Positions 26,311 through 40,514 of a DNA stretch of 64,000 nt are shown piece after piece. The DNA is from Callorhinchus milii (taxonomy: Eukaryota): assembly GCF_018977255.1 (NCBI RefSeq), contig NW_024704743.1, positions 67,892,001 through 67,956,000 on the forward strand, read 5' to 3'. Every line of letters begins with the position of its first letter. Within the stretch, counting starts at the first letter, position 1. The notes under the pieces were generated by a model. That model worked only from the letters and a program-made list of their open reading frames with translations, did not search any database and was not told the DNA's origin. Made by a program: the position numbers and the translations under genes.

Positions 26311-27538
26311 TCCTCCCCACAAGGAGGATGTTTATTGGTTGGTCATTTGATATTGGATGGAAGAGATGGATGTTATTCAAAAAGAGGAGAGTTTCTCGCA
26401 GTGCCCTAATCAACATTTCTCTAAATAAATTGATCATTCATCTCATGGCTGATTGTAGGACCTTGGTGGTACAAATAGCTGCTGTGTTGGCCTCCTAATT
26501 CAGTCACTACAATTCACAGTAATTACTTCTGAAGAGCTTTGAGACAATTCAACAAGATAAGATGCTTTAAAAGAATTCAGGCTCCATAGTTCTATTTGTA
26601 CTGCCTGGTTATGGCGAATGTTATCACCTCACTGGCCTGCTCGAATACACAAGCTTCTGCTTCCAATTTATTCAATTAACAAAAGGATCAAGTAGGACAT
26701 GTCTATACTGCATGATTTGGCATCCATTGGTGCTTAAATTCACAAGCAATTCATGTTAGACAGGCTGCCTGCCTGACAGCACACTGATGTATCAACCTTG
26801 TGTCTGTGGGCGTCAAATGCAGGCTCTAGAAATAAACAAATCAAATAACACAATTTCCTATTAAAATTTGCTGCGCTGAAGAGAAAATACAGAATTACTG
26901 GAGTTGTGAAATTTTATTTGGGGAATTTTATCTGTGGAGCGGAGCCTGAAAAAGGCTATAATACAAAGAAGATTGTTGTTGTACCTGCAACCAGCTACAT
27001 TGCAAAAGACCTCTAGGGAGAGATTAAATTGATGAAAGTTATGGTCTGTTTATTTGTAGAAAGTGGTCCTGATATTAAAAATGATAGTGGCAAATTAACT
27101 TTAATTTTACTATGGCCACATATTCTGATGACCTGTTCAGCACCTGCCTCCATGGCTATTTTGAAGCAAACTGACCAACCCAAGCAAAGCAATTCATCCT
27201 TACCACAGCGTTTCAAATGTGGCCCTCATTGCAATCGGAAATAACAAAGAGGAACAATGCACTTGATCTGTCAATCACTAAGTAACATGATCACAATGTC
27301 AACAACAACAGCAACAAATTGCATTTATATAGCGCCTTTCACATTGGGAGGATGTCCCAAAATGCTGGATTTCATTTTCTACTAAAAAAGAAACTCTGCA
27401 CCAAAGCGAAAGTCTGCCTCTATCAGGGTTTCAATAAAGGTGGAGGGGGAGGAAGGCCAATTATTGCACTGTCCTGGCTTGTTCAAAAGGAGGAAAATAG
27501 GAGGAAGCTTAGCAAGATGGTTTGACTTCACAGTGATA

Positions 27539-27880
27539 GAGTCCCATAGCGTAGTGGTTAGCCCGCTCGTCTCCCAAGCAAGGGGACCTGGGTTTGATTC
27601 CCGGGCGGGCAAAACCTTAGGCAAGTTTCCTTACTCCACACACCTCAGTTCACCGAGCAGTAAGTACAAACCCGGTTATTACTTGATTGGTGGATTGCTT
27701 TCCAGGAGTAAAAATCCCTCAAAAATAAATGTGGTCACTCAATCCATGACTGTTTGTGGGATATTGCTATGTGCATTTCACCCACAATATACACACTTTA
27801 CAATATATTCTGTGAAGCGCTTTGAAACGTCTCAACGACGTGAAAAGGCGCTGTACCAAAGGCAAAGATTATTATTATTT
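27539..27880 (+). mobile_element. tRNA-headed SINE, long-centre subfamily
   Basis: GAGTCCCATAGCGTAGTGGTTAG...GGGTTTGATTCCC head, extra central segment, (ATT)n tail. Confidence 0.9.
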
Positions 27881-28487
27881 ACATTGGTTTTCCCCATTAT
27901 CTGCATTCAATACTCGTGAATAATTCATGTTTCCTGTCACGTGTCACGTCCTGTGCTCACAATTCCTGCTAAAGAACAACATCAATTTTATCAATATATA
28001 AGGCCTCTCAGGCATATTCATGCTATCCTAATTCCCAAATGTACAATATGACTTTGCCAATGAAGGCATTTGACTAAAGTGCGTAATTCTCTAACTAACG
28101 TTGGTGTTCATGAGCAACTATCAGGAGGCAGCACACTGCTCCCAGTGCATGGTTTGTCCCTTCTTCAGATCTCGTATTTTCCATTTTTTAAATTTGAAGT
28201 GAGGCAAGTGTTTTACTGATTGTATGTACTTTTCCACAAAGCTACCCTCTAAGTACCTTCTAAAGAGACACAATCTCATCTCTATCCGAAAAAGCAAGTC
28301 ACAAGTCAAGGTTTTCAAACAACATAGACACAGCAAATGCCTGCAGTAATTTCTCAGTTGGCACTAGTGCTGTAGATAACAAGTAAATGGAGACCGAACA
28401 GCACAACATTGGAAGCTTGGAGGTTAAAGGCCTATATCATATTAAGGTAGCTCTATGAAACAAGGGGGTTAGAACATTTTCCAGGTG

Positions 28488-28702
28488 ATAATAATAATAA
28501 TAATAATCCTTGCATTTGATATAGAGCTTTTCATGTCAGGAGGACGTCCCAAAGCGCTTCACAGAACACACTGTAAAGTGAATTGACTATATATTTGTGG
28601 GCGAACGCGGCAGCCAATTGCGAACAGCAATATCCCACAAAGAGTCGTAGATTGAAAATGACCAATTTATTATTGTTTTTGGTTTTGGAGGGATTATTAT
28701 TT
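28488..28702 (-). mobile_element. 5'-truncated young SINE
   Basis: Nearly identical to 8539-8752. Confidence 0.92.
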
Positions 28703-30834
28703 GCAGCTCTGGGATAAACAAAACCAGAATTTATAACTAAACTTCCAAGGAGAGGTACTCTAGTTGTAAAAGGAGCCTGTTTTTAGGACAACTCATAAAA
28801 AAGAGATAGTCAGATTCTCCAGAGAAAAAAAATTGTCATCTATCTCTACCTTTATCAGCCACCTTAATCCAAATAATCCATTTTGCACTACTTTTTGTGA
28901 CACTTGAATAGTTTTCATATATATATGTAAACATATATATATATCCTTACATTTTGGTATCGTGTCTTTTACATCAGAAGGACATCTCACAGGATATACT
29001 TTAAATAATAATGACAATAATCCTTGCATTTGATATAGCCCTTTATCAAGTCTTTGAGACATGTCAAACCGCTTCAAAGGATATACTGCAAAGTGGATTT
29101 GACTGAGTACTTTGTGGGAGAAACACAACAGTAAAGTGGATTAACTGCGTGTTTTGTGGACAAATTCGTAGTTGGGTAAAAAATTCTACCTTTGAAATTC
29201 TGTTTAGTGTGCGGTAGACAGCAAAACAAAACCTTGTTTGGTCATTTATATTCAAAAGGCACATTGGTCCCTGAACTTGTACATCAGAGGCTCCACACAA
29301 GAAAGAAAGAGAAAAGATCTTTTCTCTCTATTACCGTTCCTTGAAAAACATTGCCCATAGCTCATCATTTATTTATTCTTAAAAGTACCTAGGATGGTAG
29401 GGTAAAAAGGATAGAATTTCTACTTGGACTTTTGGATTAATGTTGTTCTACAAAAATAGATTGTATTTTCAAATTACCTCAACCTCTTTGGTTAACGGAT
29501 TTGTTTTATTGATGCTGTGATATTTGAACCTATTTACTGTGGTAGTCTGGTAAGACATTCAGTCCCTTGGTTCCTTCTGCTCCATCATCTGCCTTGCCCT
29601 CTCCTTTGCTCCCTCCTTGCTCGTCTTCAGATCCCACCTCAAGACCTTCCTCTTTGACCATGCCTACGATCACCTCCCTCTCTCCCTGGGTCAACACTAC
29701 CACTGTTAAGCACTCTGAGGCACTACCCGATGAGTGGGGGGGGCTATACAAATGCACGTTGTTGTTGTTGCTGCCTTCGATGAATATGTGGCAGTGCAGT
29801 TAGCTTCCCAATTACTTGGTTGTTGGTTCTCTCACAGCAGGGAGACAGCACAGACCAACATAAAGCTCTGGATGCAAAACAGTCCATTTTTGAGAGAGTT
29901 TTTCTGGAATGGCCTGGATATTAGTAGAAGGTCTGACTTGTGTATGGCTCCATGCAGCATATTGAGGAATCTTGGCTCTTCTGCACTAGCTCGACCAACA
30001 ACGCTCGAATTTCCCATTGCTTAAATAACCAAAGGCATTCATTTAATCTCCATATACACAATATACCTGACTTGTGGTATACTGAGGAAGCAGAAGAAAA
30101 AAGGCTGGAACTGTCTGATAATATTTGAACTAAGAGTAAATACAGAAAAATTAAAAAATCGTGACAGAGTATATCTCATCGCAAGAATACCAAAAACAAA
30201 TCATGTGACCCCGAGGACTGTGGTAACAATATCTAAAGCTAGCCCATCAGCAAGAAGTGTAGTGTAAATCTTTTGGATTTTGATGAAGAAGGTTTTGTTG
30301 AGCAGCTCCTACACTAACATGGGACATTCTACTGACAAAACCTGGGAGCAGTGTAACTTTTTCACAGATCACAAATAGTGGCCGCATCACAAAGTAATGA
30401 TCTGGGTTTATCTTTTAAATCCCATTTAAAATTGTATACACCTCTATGAGATCTTATCTGAGTTATCTTCTTTCAAGGCTGAAGAGCCCTGGTTTGTCTA
30501 ATCATTGTTCATAGCTTATTTCTCTAATATTGAGAGACACACTGGAAGTTGCACATATTTTGCAGCTAAAACTCTTGGAAATGTGTCCCATCACATTGTC
30601 ACCTTTTGATCCATTGGACAACATTGTCTGTAACAGACATGAGAATAATATCTGAGCTTTTATATCCACCATGGTGTGAAATCAATGTCTGGACTACTGC
30701 TATACAGCTTGCATTTATATAGTTCCCTTTACGTGGGGTAGCGGCTAGACTCGCTTAATTTGACATACTTTGAAGATTCAAAATATTTCCCAGATTGTGA
30801 CCAGAAACACTTAAGAAGTAACAGTCCAAAAGGC

Positions 30835-31675
30835 AACTCCCTGCTTGTCGGTCTTCCCAACTCTTCCTTCCACAAGCTGCAGATCATCCAGGCCTCTGCA
30901 GCTTGTGTCCTCTCCTGCACCAGGCTGTGACCCTGTCAACCCCCACCCTCGTCCAGCTCCATTGGCTCCCCATCCCGCAGTGGATAGTTCAAAATCCTTG
31001 TTCTCTCCTTCAAAGCCCTCAAAGGTCTTGTCCCATCTCAGCTCTGTGATCTGCTAACCCCATATCAACCTGTCTGCTCTCTCCGTTCAGCAGGCTCCGG
31101 TCTGCTCCACGTCCCCCGCCCAGCCCGCCCCACCATCGGCAGTCAGGCCTTCAGCCTCCTTCCTTTGCTTCCTGCAATATATATCTCAAGACCTTCCTCT
31201 TCGAGTGTGCCCTGTGCCTTCAGTCACCTCTACCCACCCTGCCTTCCACTCCTCCTGATCCCAACCCTCTGTTCAGGTTTAAATCCCTGACTGTCCTCCC
31301 GATGTGAAAGGTCCTATACAAATGTAATTTTTTGTTGTTGTTTTCAAATCCCTTCATGCCCTGGCACCTCCCTACCGCTCTGAGCTGGTACCTCCCAAAC
31401 CCACTACCCGCTGCGTCCGCTCAACTGGCTGCATGTCCCACATGCCCTCCGTTCCGCCATCAGTGGCCGCACTTTCAGCCACTACACCCCCAAATTCTAG
31501 AACAATCTTCCTCTATCCCTCCACCTTGCCAGTTACTTCCCCATCTTCAGGTTGCTCGTAAAATCCTCCACCTTCGACCTTGCCTACAGTCACCTCCCCC
31601 TCCCCTCGGCTCAGAATCATACTCTGCCACGATCAAGTGCTCTGGGACGCTACTCTGTTATTGTTGCTGTTGACT
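30835..31675 (+). mobile_element. Two adjacent L2 3' fragments
   Basis: L2 ORF2 C-terminal motifs with (TTG)n-type tails near 31340 and 31670. Confidence 0.85.
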
Positions 31676-32931
31676 GAATTTTAGCATCAACCATGCCAGG
31701 GTTACTTGAGATCGTTCAAACTGAATTCAGTACACCATTGATCAAGCAGACGGTGCCAAAGCTGCATCAAAAATTATTGACCTATAAAATGATTTGGAGG
31801 CAAGGCCACATCACAGCTTGAGACGCTCCCAACAGGATTCATTTTGGATTCCAAAATGCAACGCACATCAATAAACATTTTATGACACATGCTGTCTCTG
31901 CTTTCCCTCCTAGCCCATTAAACATGCAGTCCACTGTGCCATTAAGAGATTTTAACAACTGGTGATTTATGGCCCAGTCTTACGTAAACCCATGATTTTG
32001 AAGAAAGAAATAAAAATTAAGAATATTATGACACCACATGCATTTGCATTAGAGCAGGTGTAAAAACGTCCATGAAAGAACATACAAGAAACAAAACGAT
32101 ATACAATGAATTTGGCACTGATTTAAAAAGTACATAAGACAAGTATGGTTCCTCTCCTGACATTGTTGGCTGTACATTCACTACCAGTTGAAGGCAATTC
32201 ATTTTTATTTGAAGTACAATAATCCTCCTGCCGCTATGACAGATCAACAAAAACTTGTATTTATATAGTGTCCTTCAGGTATAATAATCTCTTGGAGTGC
32301 TTTACAATGCCAGGGAGGACGCCGAGCGAGGGAGAGGAGATGGGGAAGGAAGGAAGCACGGTTGAAGATGTAGGTTTTAATGCAGGACTTCAAGACTGAC
32401 AGCAGTGAGACGAAGGAATGGATCACAGACAAGAACTCACATGTCGCGATTCTCATTACCTTGTTTCAATGGATATGGTCCTCAAATCTCAGGGTTCAGT
32501 GCAGCAGCTCAGAGGGTATCCATCTAAGGGATTTTGAAGGATTCCTTCCATAATGTAAAAGAAGAGCAGCAGACATTGCCTACACTGTGCAGGTTACCAA
32601 AGCTAGGCAGGTCAATGAAAAGGACTCAATCTGCTTTCTTTCTCCTTCCGCTCATCTGTGCCAGCCTGGCCTCTAAGTCAGCCTCACATCGGGACTTGGA
32701 ATCAAATGCTGACACTCCATTGCAATGCTGGAGGGTGTGTTGCATTGTCGGGAGGTGCTGTTCTTTGGATGAGACATTAAACCTCTGCCTGTGCTGGTGG
32801 ACTTTAAAGAGCCCATGGCACTATTCGAAAAAGGGAGTTTCTCCCAGTGATCTGTCCAACTATCCCCCAATTTAAAAAATCATTCATCGCTCATTAGTCA
32901 CTCATTAGTTATTTGTGGGATATTGTTGTGC

Positions 32932-33165
32932 ACAACAACAAAATTACATTTATAGAGCGCCTTTCACATCGGGAGGATGTCCCAAAGCGCTGAACAGTCA
33001 GATGTTGGGGCCCGAGCATGGGGGAGGGGGGTGGTGTAGGAATGAGGGAAGTCAGAGATGTTAGAGGGAGACCAAAGGCACGGTCGAAGAGAAAGGTCTT
33101 GAAGGAGGCAAGTGAGGAAGCGATGTAAAGGGACCGTGGGATGGAGTTCCAGAGTGTGGGGGCAC
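32932..33165 (-). mobile_element. Short L2 3' fragment inserted in a DeuSINE
   Basis: L2 tail with GCACAA on both sides; the empty-site sequence is preserved in the copy at 34205-34225. Confidence 0.9.
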
Positions 33166-34311
33166 AAACTGGTTACTGTACTTTGCACAGAAAATACAGT
33201 CAATCCATTTTACAGTTTAATAATAATAATAATCCTTACATTTGATATAACGCCTTATCACATCTTTGAGATGTCTCAAAGTGTTTCACAGAATATACTG
33301 TTAAATGAATTGACTGTATATTTTGTGGGCAAAAATATATAGAAAAGTATATCATGGGTAGTGATTTGAGATGTCTCGACAATGTGATAAGGCACTACAT
33401 CAAATGCAAGGATTATTATTTTTATTATTATCTGCCTGCTTTGTTTAACAGAGTGCTACATAGCTGCTTATTATTGCTTGAAATGCAGCATTCATTTTAT
33501 TTGTTGAAAAGGATAGCAATATGTAAAGCAAAGCTCTATTGGAAATGAGCACACAATGTAAGTGACAAAAGACTGATGGAAGTGTCAAGAATTTCTGTGC
33601 AAGGTAATCAATTTTCCACACCCCTCTATGATATTTTCTCCACATGATGAGAACAAAAAGCCACCTGAAATTCTCATTTAAAACAAAATTAATCCTTACA
33701 TGTGGGTCTCACAGTAATGTAAAATATAATGTAATACAAGGCAGAAAAATTCTATTAGGTACAAGGAATTAGATGAAAATGATTTTGCCTACAAAACAAT
33801 GAATGTGTTTATTTAATTAGATTTTAAAGCTATGTTCATTTTGGCACAAGTTTTTCAACCAATATTTTCCCTTCCTGACTTCCTCATGCGTCAGCTTGGT
33901 TCAATCAGTAGCACTCTCACCTCTAAATCAGAAAGTTATGGGTTCAAGCCCCACATCGGGATTTAGAGCTCATATATAGCTGTGTACTGACACTCCAATG
34001 CAGTGCTAGGAGTTTTCATGTGTTGCTGGAAGTGCCGTTGTTTGAATGAGATGTTAAACCAAGTCTGCCTGTTCAAGTGGATGTTAAAGATCCTATGGAA
34101 AAATTCAAAAGCAGAAGGGTGTTTCTCCTGGTAACTTGTCCAACTATCCCCCAGTTTAAAAAATCACTCATCACTCATTAGTCACTCATTGGTTATTTGT
34201 GGGATATTGTTGTGACAAACTGGTTACTGTACATTGCACAGAAAATACAGTCAATCCATTTTACAGTTTAATAATAATCCTTGCATTTCATATAACGCCT
34301 TATCACATCTT

Positions 34312-35210
34312 TATCACCCTCAACTCCAGGACCACTGCTGTCCTGACAGACTGCCTGTCGGACATCAAGTCCTGGATGAGGGCAAATTTCCTGTAGTTGA
34401 ATGTGAACAAGACTGAGGCCCTCCCGATTGGCTCGCGTCAGCGCCTCAGCACCTCAGGCTCTGGCAGCATCAACCTCTATGGTTGCACACTTCAACTCAC
34501 CAAGCCAGTCAGGAATCTGGTGTCTTGTTCGACCCTCAACTGTCTTTTCTTCCCCACATTCAAGCCATGACCCACTCGGCCTTTCACTCATCTCCATAAC
34601 ATCGCCCGACTCCGCCACTACCTCACCCCTCAGGCCGCTGAAACTCTTGTTCATGCCTTCATCACCTCCAGGCTCGACTATGCAAATGCCCTGCTTGTCG
34701 GCCTTCCCAACTCCTCCCTCCACAGGCTGCAGATAATCCAGAACTCTGCAGCCCGTGTCCTCTCCCGCACCAAATTCCATGACTCCATCTCCCCCACTCT
34801 CGCCCGACTCCATTGACTCTCTATCCTTCAGAGGATCCAGTTCAAGATCCTGGTCCTCACCTACAAAGCCCTCAATGGCCTTGCTCAACCCTTCCTCTGT
34901 GACCTCCTAACCCCCTACCAACCCGCCCGCTCCCTCCGCTCAGCCGGCTCTGGCCTGCTCCACGTCCCCCGACCCACCCGCCCCACCATTGGCAGGAGAG
35001 TCTTCAGCTACTCTGCCCCAACCTCTGGAACTCCATCCCCCAATCACTCTGCCTCAAAACCCTCCTCTTCGGCCATGCCATTGGTCACCCCCCCCCTTCC
35101 CCTCTCCTCCCTTCTCCCCCCCTGACCCCAGCTCGGGTCTGAAATGCTGTACACTGGGACGTCCTCCCGACATGAAAGGTGCTATAAAAAATGTAATCTT
35201 GTTGTTGTTG
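34312..35210 (+). mobile_element. L2 LINE, 5'-truncated
   Basis: LTDCLSDIKSWMRANFL*LNVNKTEAL through the (TTG)n tail. Confidence 0.95.
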
Positions 35211-36804
35211 TTTCTCCTGATGTTCTGGCCAATAAAATTGGTCATTCACCTCATTGTTATTTGTGGGCTATTGCAGTGCACAAATTGGCTGCTGCATTCA
35301 CTCACGAAACAGAGTCACTGCACTTTACAGTATATCCCGTGAAGTGCTTTGGATTAGGGATGTTTTCTCGTCATGATAGGCTCTATACCAAATGCAAGGA
35401 TCAACAAACCTATTTGTTTGTAGGATTGATTGATTGATTGCTGAAGACATTTTGATTTATATTTGATGATATGTGATTGTAGAAATTCCATGGCTATTAT
35501 GGTACTAAAAGGCATCAGAAACAAGAGATCTGAAATTCTGTGTAAAATTGAAAAATATTAAAAATTTGAATCAAAGGAGCTGAAGGATGTATCTGATGTA
35601 ATCAATATCTGATGAAATCAGGAGAAAGGAAGAAACATATGACAAGTAAACACCTCAGGAAATAAGTACAGCAGAGAAGACCAAAAGCCAGGGAACAGGG
35701 TAGGAATCAGTTTGTGGAGCACAGCTACAACTACAAATCAATGCCTACTGTGCCTAAAGGTGAGGATTCAACCTCTCTTCTTCATCGATTGCACTCAATA
35801 CAGCATAAGTAATCCCACGGCAGAGCTTCACAGAACAGAGGAAGAATCTGCCTGCTGCAGATGAGGTGTTCTGAATTATAAAGGGGATTGATAAAATAAA
35901 CTTAGATGCCCCCTCTCTCCCCACTCCCCCGTGGACTAATTCATTTCTCCCACAGTGTGAAGATTTCAGAATGCACTTTCCTGGAACATCACAGTTAAGA
36001 AATCGATTAAAGGATTCAAGGAGAGGGATAGATCAAAATAAAATTTCAGTACAGAAGACAACCATTTGACCCATCATGTTTCTGTCGGCTCTCTGTAAGA
36101 GCTATCTGTTTAGTCCCACTGCTTTTTCAATACTCCATTGTATTTATCTTTTTCAGATGTTTGATTCTCTTTTAAAAGTTTTTAAAGCCTTCACTAGCTG
36201 GCTTTTGCGCATCCCTCGACTCCTCTGCTCTACTATCCCTGGCTGTGCCTTCAGCCACTACATGCCTGAACCTCTGGAAGTCTCTGCTTCAATCCATTGC
36301 CCTCTCTTTACCCAACTTCAGATCGAACCTGAAGACTTTCCTCTTTGAACGTGTATTGAGCGATGCAATTGATTCTCTGCAAATAACTTCTAGTGATTCT
36401 AGTGCAATGAAAAACAAGTTATGGACGCAGATTTTCATGAATTTGTCAACCTACTCAAAATATCAAACATATTATATAATGTGGATGTCACTGAGTCCTA
36501 GGTTTGCAGCAGAAATGAAGAATTCTCTCCTCAATCAATTCTGCTTCAACACACAAAATCAAACAAACTTCAAACTGTTTGCTTCCCTGGATATCTGTGT
36601 GTTCAATACATCTGCACTGGGAGTCAGGCCATAGTTCTTCCCAAGCATCATTGAATCTCATTAAGTTTTAATGAGCTGGAGGAACAACAATAAGACTTTA
36701 CTGGTTTTCTCCTGGATTCAAATTGTGGTGGTTTAATAAAGGCTTCTGCAATGAAAAACTCAGATATAACAGATAATTTTTTAACTTGACTGATTTAGTC
36801 ATGA

Positions 36805-37115
36805 AAATAATAATAATCCTTGCATTTAATGTAGCACCTTATATTGTTGCATCATCTCGAAACTCTTCATAGGATTTTACTGTGAAGTGCGGCGACTGTG
36901 CATTTGTAGGTGAACTCTGCAACCAATTTTGTGCACAGTAATGTCCCACAAACAGGGCTGGGACACCAGGATATGACTTCTCTTTTCTAATAGTGTCGTG
37001 GAACCTTTAACGTCCATCTGAACAAGCAGATGGACATCAGTCTAAAATCTCATCCAAAGCATGAAATATCCGACAATGCAGCACCCCAGCACTGCATTAG
37101 AGTATCGGACTAGAC
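36805..37115 (-). mobile_element. Old DeuSINE-like SINE
   Basis: Reverse-complement tail and Deu-like centre. Confidence 0.82.
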
Positions 37116-37889
37116 TGGGAATGATAAATAATTTGACCTGTATTTCAACTCCCCAAATCTTCATTGTAAAATGTGTCCAGGTGGGTGAGATGTTGGTGCA
37201 TGTGGAGTGTTATAATGTGAGCACGTCTTTCTCTACAGAGTAAACTCCTAGTAGAGAATTGTGCAGTGGACATAATAGTGATGTGTGCTTTTTAATATGT
37301 TTCACATAGGATGAAGATCACAAAGCATTTCACAAAATAATAGGTCACAGGGGCTGTAGGGTTTACTGAGCAGGGATGAAAAGAGGGAGAATTTGAGAGA
37401 GTGGACAAGTGGTGCAGTAAAGAGATTTTTACAATTTTTAAAATTCTCAGAAGATTTTGTAGAATACATTGATGAACCCATTTAAAATCAAAATGTGTTC
37501 ATCTAGAAAATATACAGTCACTACACTTAACATTATAGCCTGTGAAGGGCTTTGAAAGGCATGATATTAAATGTAAGGATAATAAGTAGAGAAAGTGAAA
37601 GGTGAAGGGATTTGGGCAGGGAGTTCCAGAGAATGGGGGCTTACTGCCTGAAACCTTGGCTACCAGTGGTGGAATGGAGGAAGGGAGGGAGGAATGGGCA
37701 GTAGACAGGAGAAAGAAAAGTGGAAAGTAAAGGCAGGAGAATTGGGGGAACATCCTGCATCAATATGAAAGTCAAGATAAGAATCCTGAAATTGGTTCAC
37801 TGGGTACTGGGAGCTACAGGAGTTTGGCAAGCATAGGGATAATGGTGTGTGGAGCTTGTGTGGGAGAGAATAGAAGCTATAGAGTTTTG

Positions 37890-38550
37890 ATCACAGGATT
37901 GGTTTGGATAAAGAAAGCCCGTGTCCCATTTGATCTCATCCTTCCAGAATACCCATCCTGGTGTCTTCCCATCACAGACGCAAACTTTTTTTAATGCATC
38001 CGGTGTCCTGGCCTTAACCACCCTTGATGGTAACAGAATCCAGTTGTTATTTACCCTCTGGGTAAAGAAGTACTTCATGGTATCTGTCCTGAATTGCCCT
38101 TTGCATCTCTAAACCTATCTTCTCTTGTTCTTGTTTCACCCACAATATGCAGTCAATTTACTTTACAATATATTCTGTGAAGCGTTTTGAGATGTCTCAA
38201 CGATTTGATAAGGCATTATCTTAAATGCAAAGATTATTGTTTTTATTATTCTATTGTCTTAGTGCATTGTTCTGAATTTACTTTTTCAATCCCAAAACCT
38301 CTATAAAACCTCCTCTGAGATGTCTCCTTTCTAAGAGCTCCAGCACATCTAATCACTGCTCATAGCTCATTCCTGTATCTCTGGAAATAATCCTCATTAC
38401 TCTCTTCTGCACTGCACTGCTTGGACCCTATCACGGCACCACAAGTATATGCAGAACTCTAGTCTTCTGGTCAGGGTAGATTTACTTAGCTTGCGTGTGA
38501 CATCTGTGGATTTGAACTCAACTGATTTAGCAATATAACCCAGCATCCAA
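37890..38550 (-). mobile_element. CR1 LINE 3' region with a nested SINE tail at about 38133-38250
   Basis: KYFFTQRVNNNWILLPSRVV (CR1 FFTQRVV..WN.LP motif). Confidence 0.88.
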
Positions 38551-40514
38551 TTAGAATTGCTTCCCTGGGGAAAGGGAAAGAAAAGTAGAGGTCAAATCAT
38601 GCACTTTCTAGCAAGGCAGATAAATACTGGCAACATGTTGGAAACAAGTTGTATAACACATGAATGCATTTATATAACTTTGAATCTATGCTAAATCCAC
38701 AAACATAGCTCTGAGAGCATTGATTCCTCCTAAAATTACTTTTAGATAGCAATTTTGGAATCCAGTGCCATTGGGTGCAGCATAAATCTGGTTGCAATCG
38801 AGCCAAATCCAAAAAGTTTCTAACTTATAAAAATTAAGTTTGAAAGTTGGTTGATGGTTCACTGGATCACCCTTAAGGTTTAACATATTACAGTCAGACC
38901 CAATTATAACACATCATATAATATGTTACAGTAGCAGGTGCAATGTAGATTCTTCTGCAGCACACAGCAAGTGACATTAGTGGCACTTCCTGTGCATAGT
39001 GCACATATACAGTATATAGGTGTACAGTAATTGGTTTTATTGGTCCAAAATATGTCTGTTGGGTCTGATGTCCTATTGTTGTCTCAAGCAGATCATCAAA
39101 TGGCCCATGTTGTTCTGGTTTCACTGCAGTTCCTAACACTTTGTGCCGGTGTGAATGAAAACTTGCAATGATCTATATCTGACTTGGGATTGGATACATT
39201 CACTTCAAACCAGGCTTGACTGATGTGTTTTGTTGCCCAGAGCAATGTGTTGCCATAACAGCACACTTTACTGGTGATTGTGACCCAGGACTGCAAAAAC
39301 AAAACGCTCCAGGCAGAGGTCTAGAAATCTTCAGAAGAGGTGGAATCCCTGCAAATTTTTAGATATCCCTTTGAACTATAACAAAATTAAGAATTAACCT
39401 CAAAATATACTGGAAGCTGTTCTTGTAATCTGATCTGTTTGCATCTAAACCCTTTCATTTATTCCGAGCCTCTTGTGAAGTGTCAAGAGAAGAAGGCACT
39501 GAAATCTTTCTATGTTGTGTGTTCTACATCAACAGGAAGTTTTGAGCTAAGTGCAGGACTGTAAGCTTTCTATTTGTTCTTCCAATCATCATTGATTCAT
39601 TGCACATTCACCATTGATAGCAATCATGAACTGGACTTCTCCCCTGTTCTGATGATGTCAAGTTCATAAGGGCAAGTATGGACTTTGTTGGGGTTGGGAT
39701 CCTGTCAAACTAAAAATGGGCTGGAGGGCTGGTGACCACTTTCAATATCCTCCTTCAATTACCAAACCTATCCTCAATTTGGCACTTCAAATTACACTTT
39801 TAGATTTACCTTTCAATTTCAGGCCATTTAGCAAGTGGCATCATTTTCACAATAATGCACTGGCAAGGATAATATTCCATTTACAAAATAATCCTTGGTT
39901 TTGATATAGCTCCTTTCATGTCGGGAGAACGTCTCAAAGCGCTTCACAGCATTCGGTGTAATTCATTGTAAAGTGTAGTGTATTTTGTAGAATAACTGCC
40001 TATTTGTGCACATCAATGCCCCATAAACAGGCATGAAATTAATAACTATTTGTACAATATCTATGCACAAATTATACTTATTAAAACTATGGAGAATAAG
40101 AAAAGGACACTCTTTTGTAAACCTGCAGTTTGTTGTAACCATGCCAATTATGGGCAGCCACATCATATATTTAATAATTTCTGTGTATTAACTAAAGGCT
40201 ACAATTTGTTTTTAAGGTTTACATTTATCCACACTGAAAACTTGTTTGTTCCATTTGGAATTCAACTTCTTCATATGAGACCCAAAATCAAAATCAACGA
40301 TGGACATACATCTAGTTCACTGTTTAGACAGCCCCCTATCCTTTGTCTACGGGGAAACTCATAGGACATTAAACCACCTTTTTGACAGAAAATTATCTCT
40401 AACTAAGTTCAATGGTCCTTAATTATTAGTGTGTAACTAGAGTAGTCTTGCACAAACACTGTCAACTGTTTATACAGAAACTTGAGCAGATAACTAAATT
40501 AACAATAATTTAGT

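Noticed and set aside
30066..30129. About 63-nt minus-strand exon-like segment; similar ones near 3642-3760, 18083-18186, 23795-23902 and 56737-56802
   Set aside because: Too short or ambiguous in frame to distinguish from pseudo-exons without transcript data.
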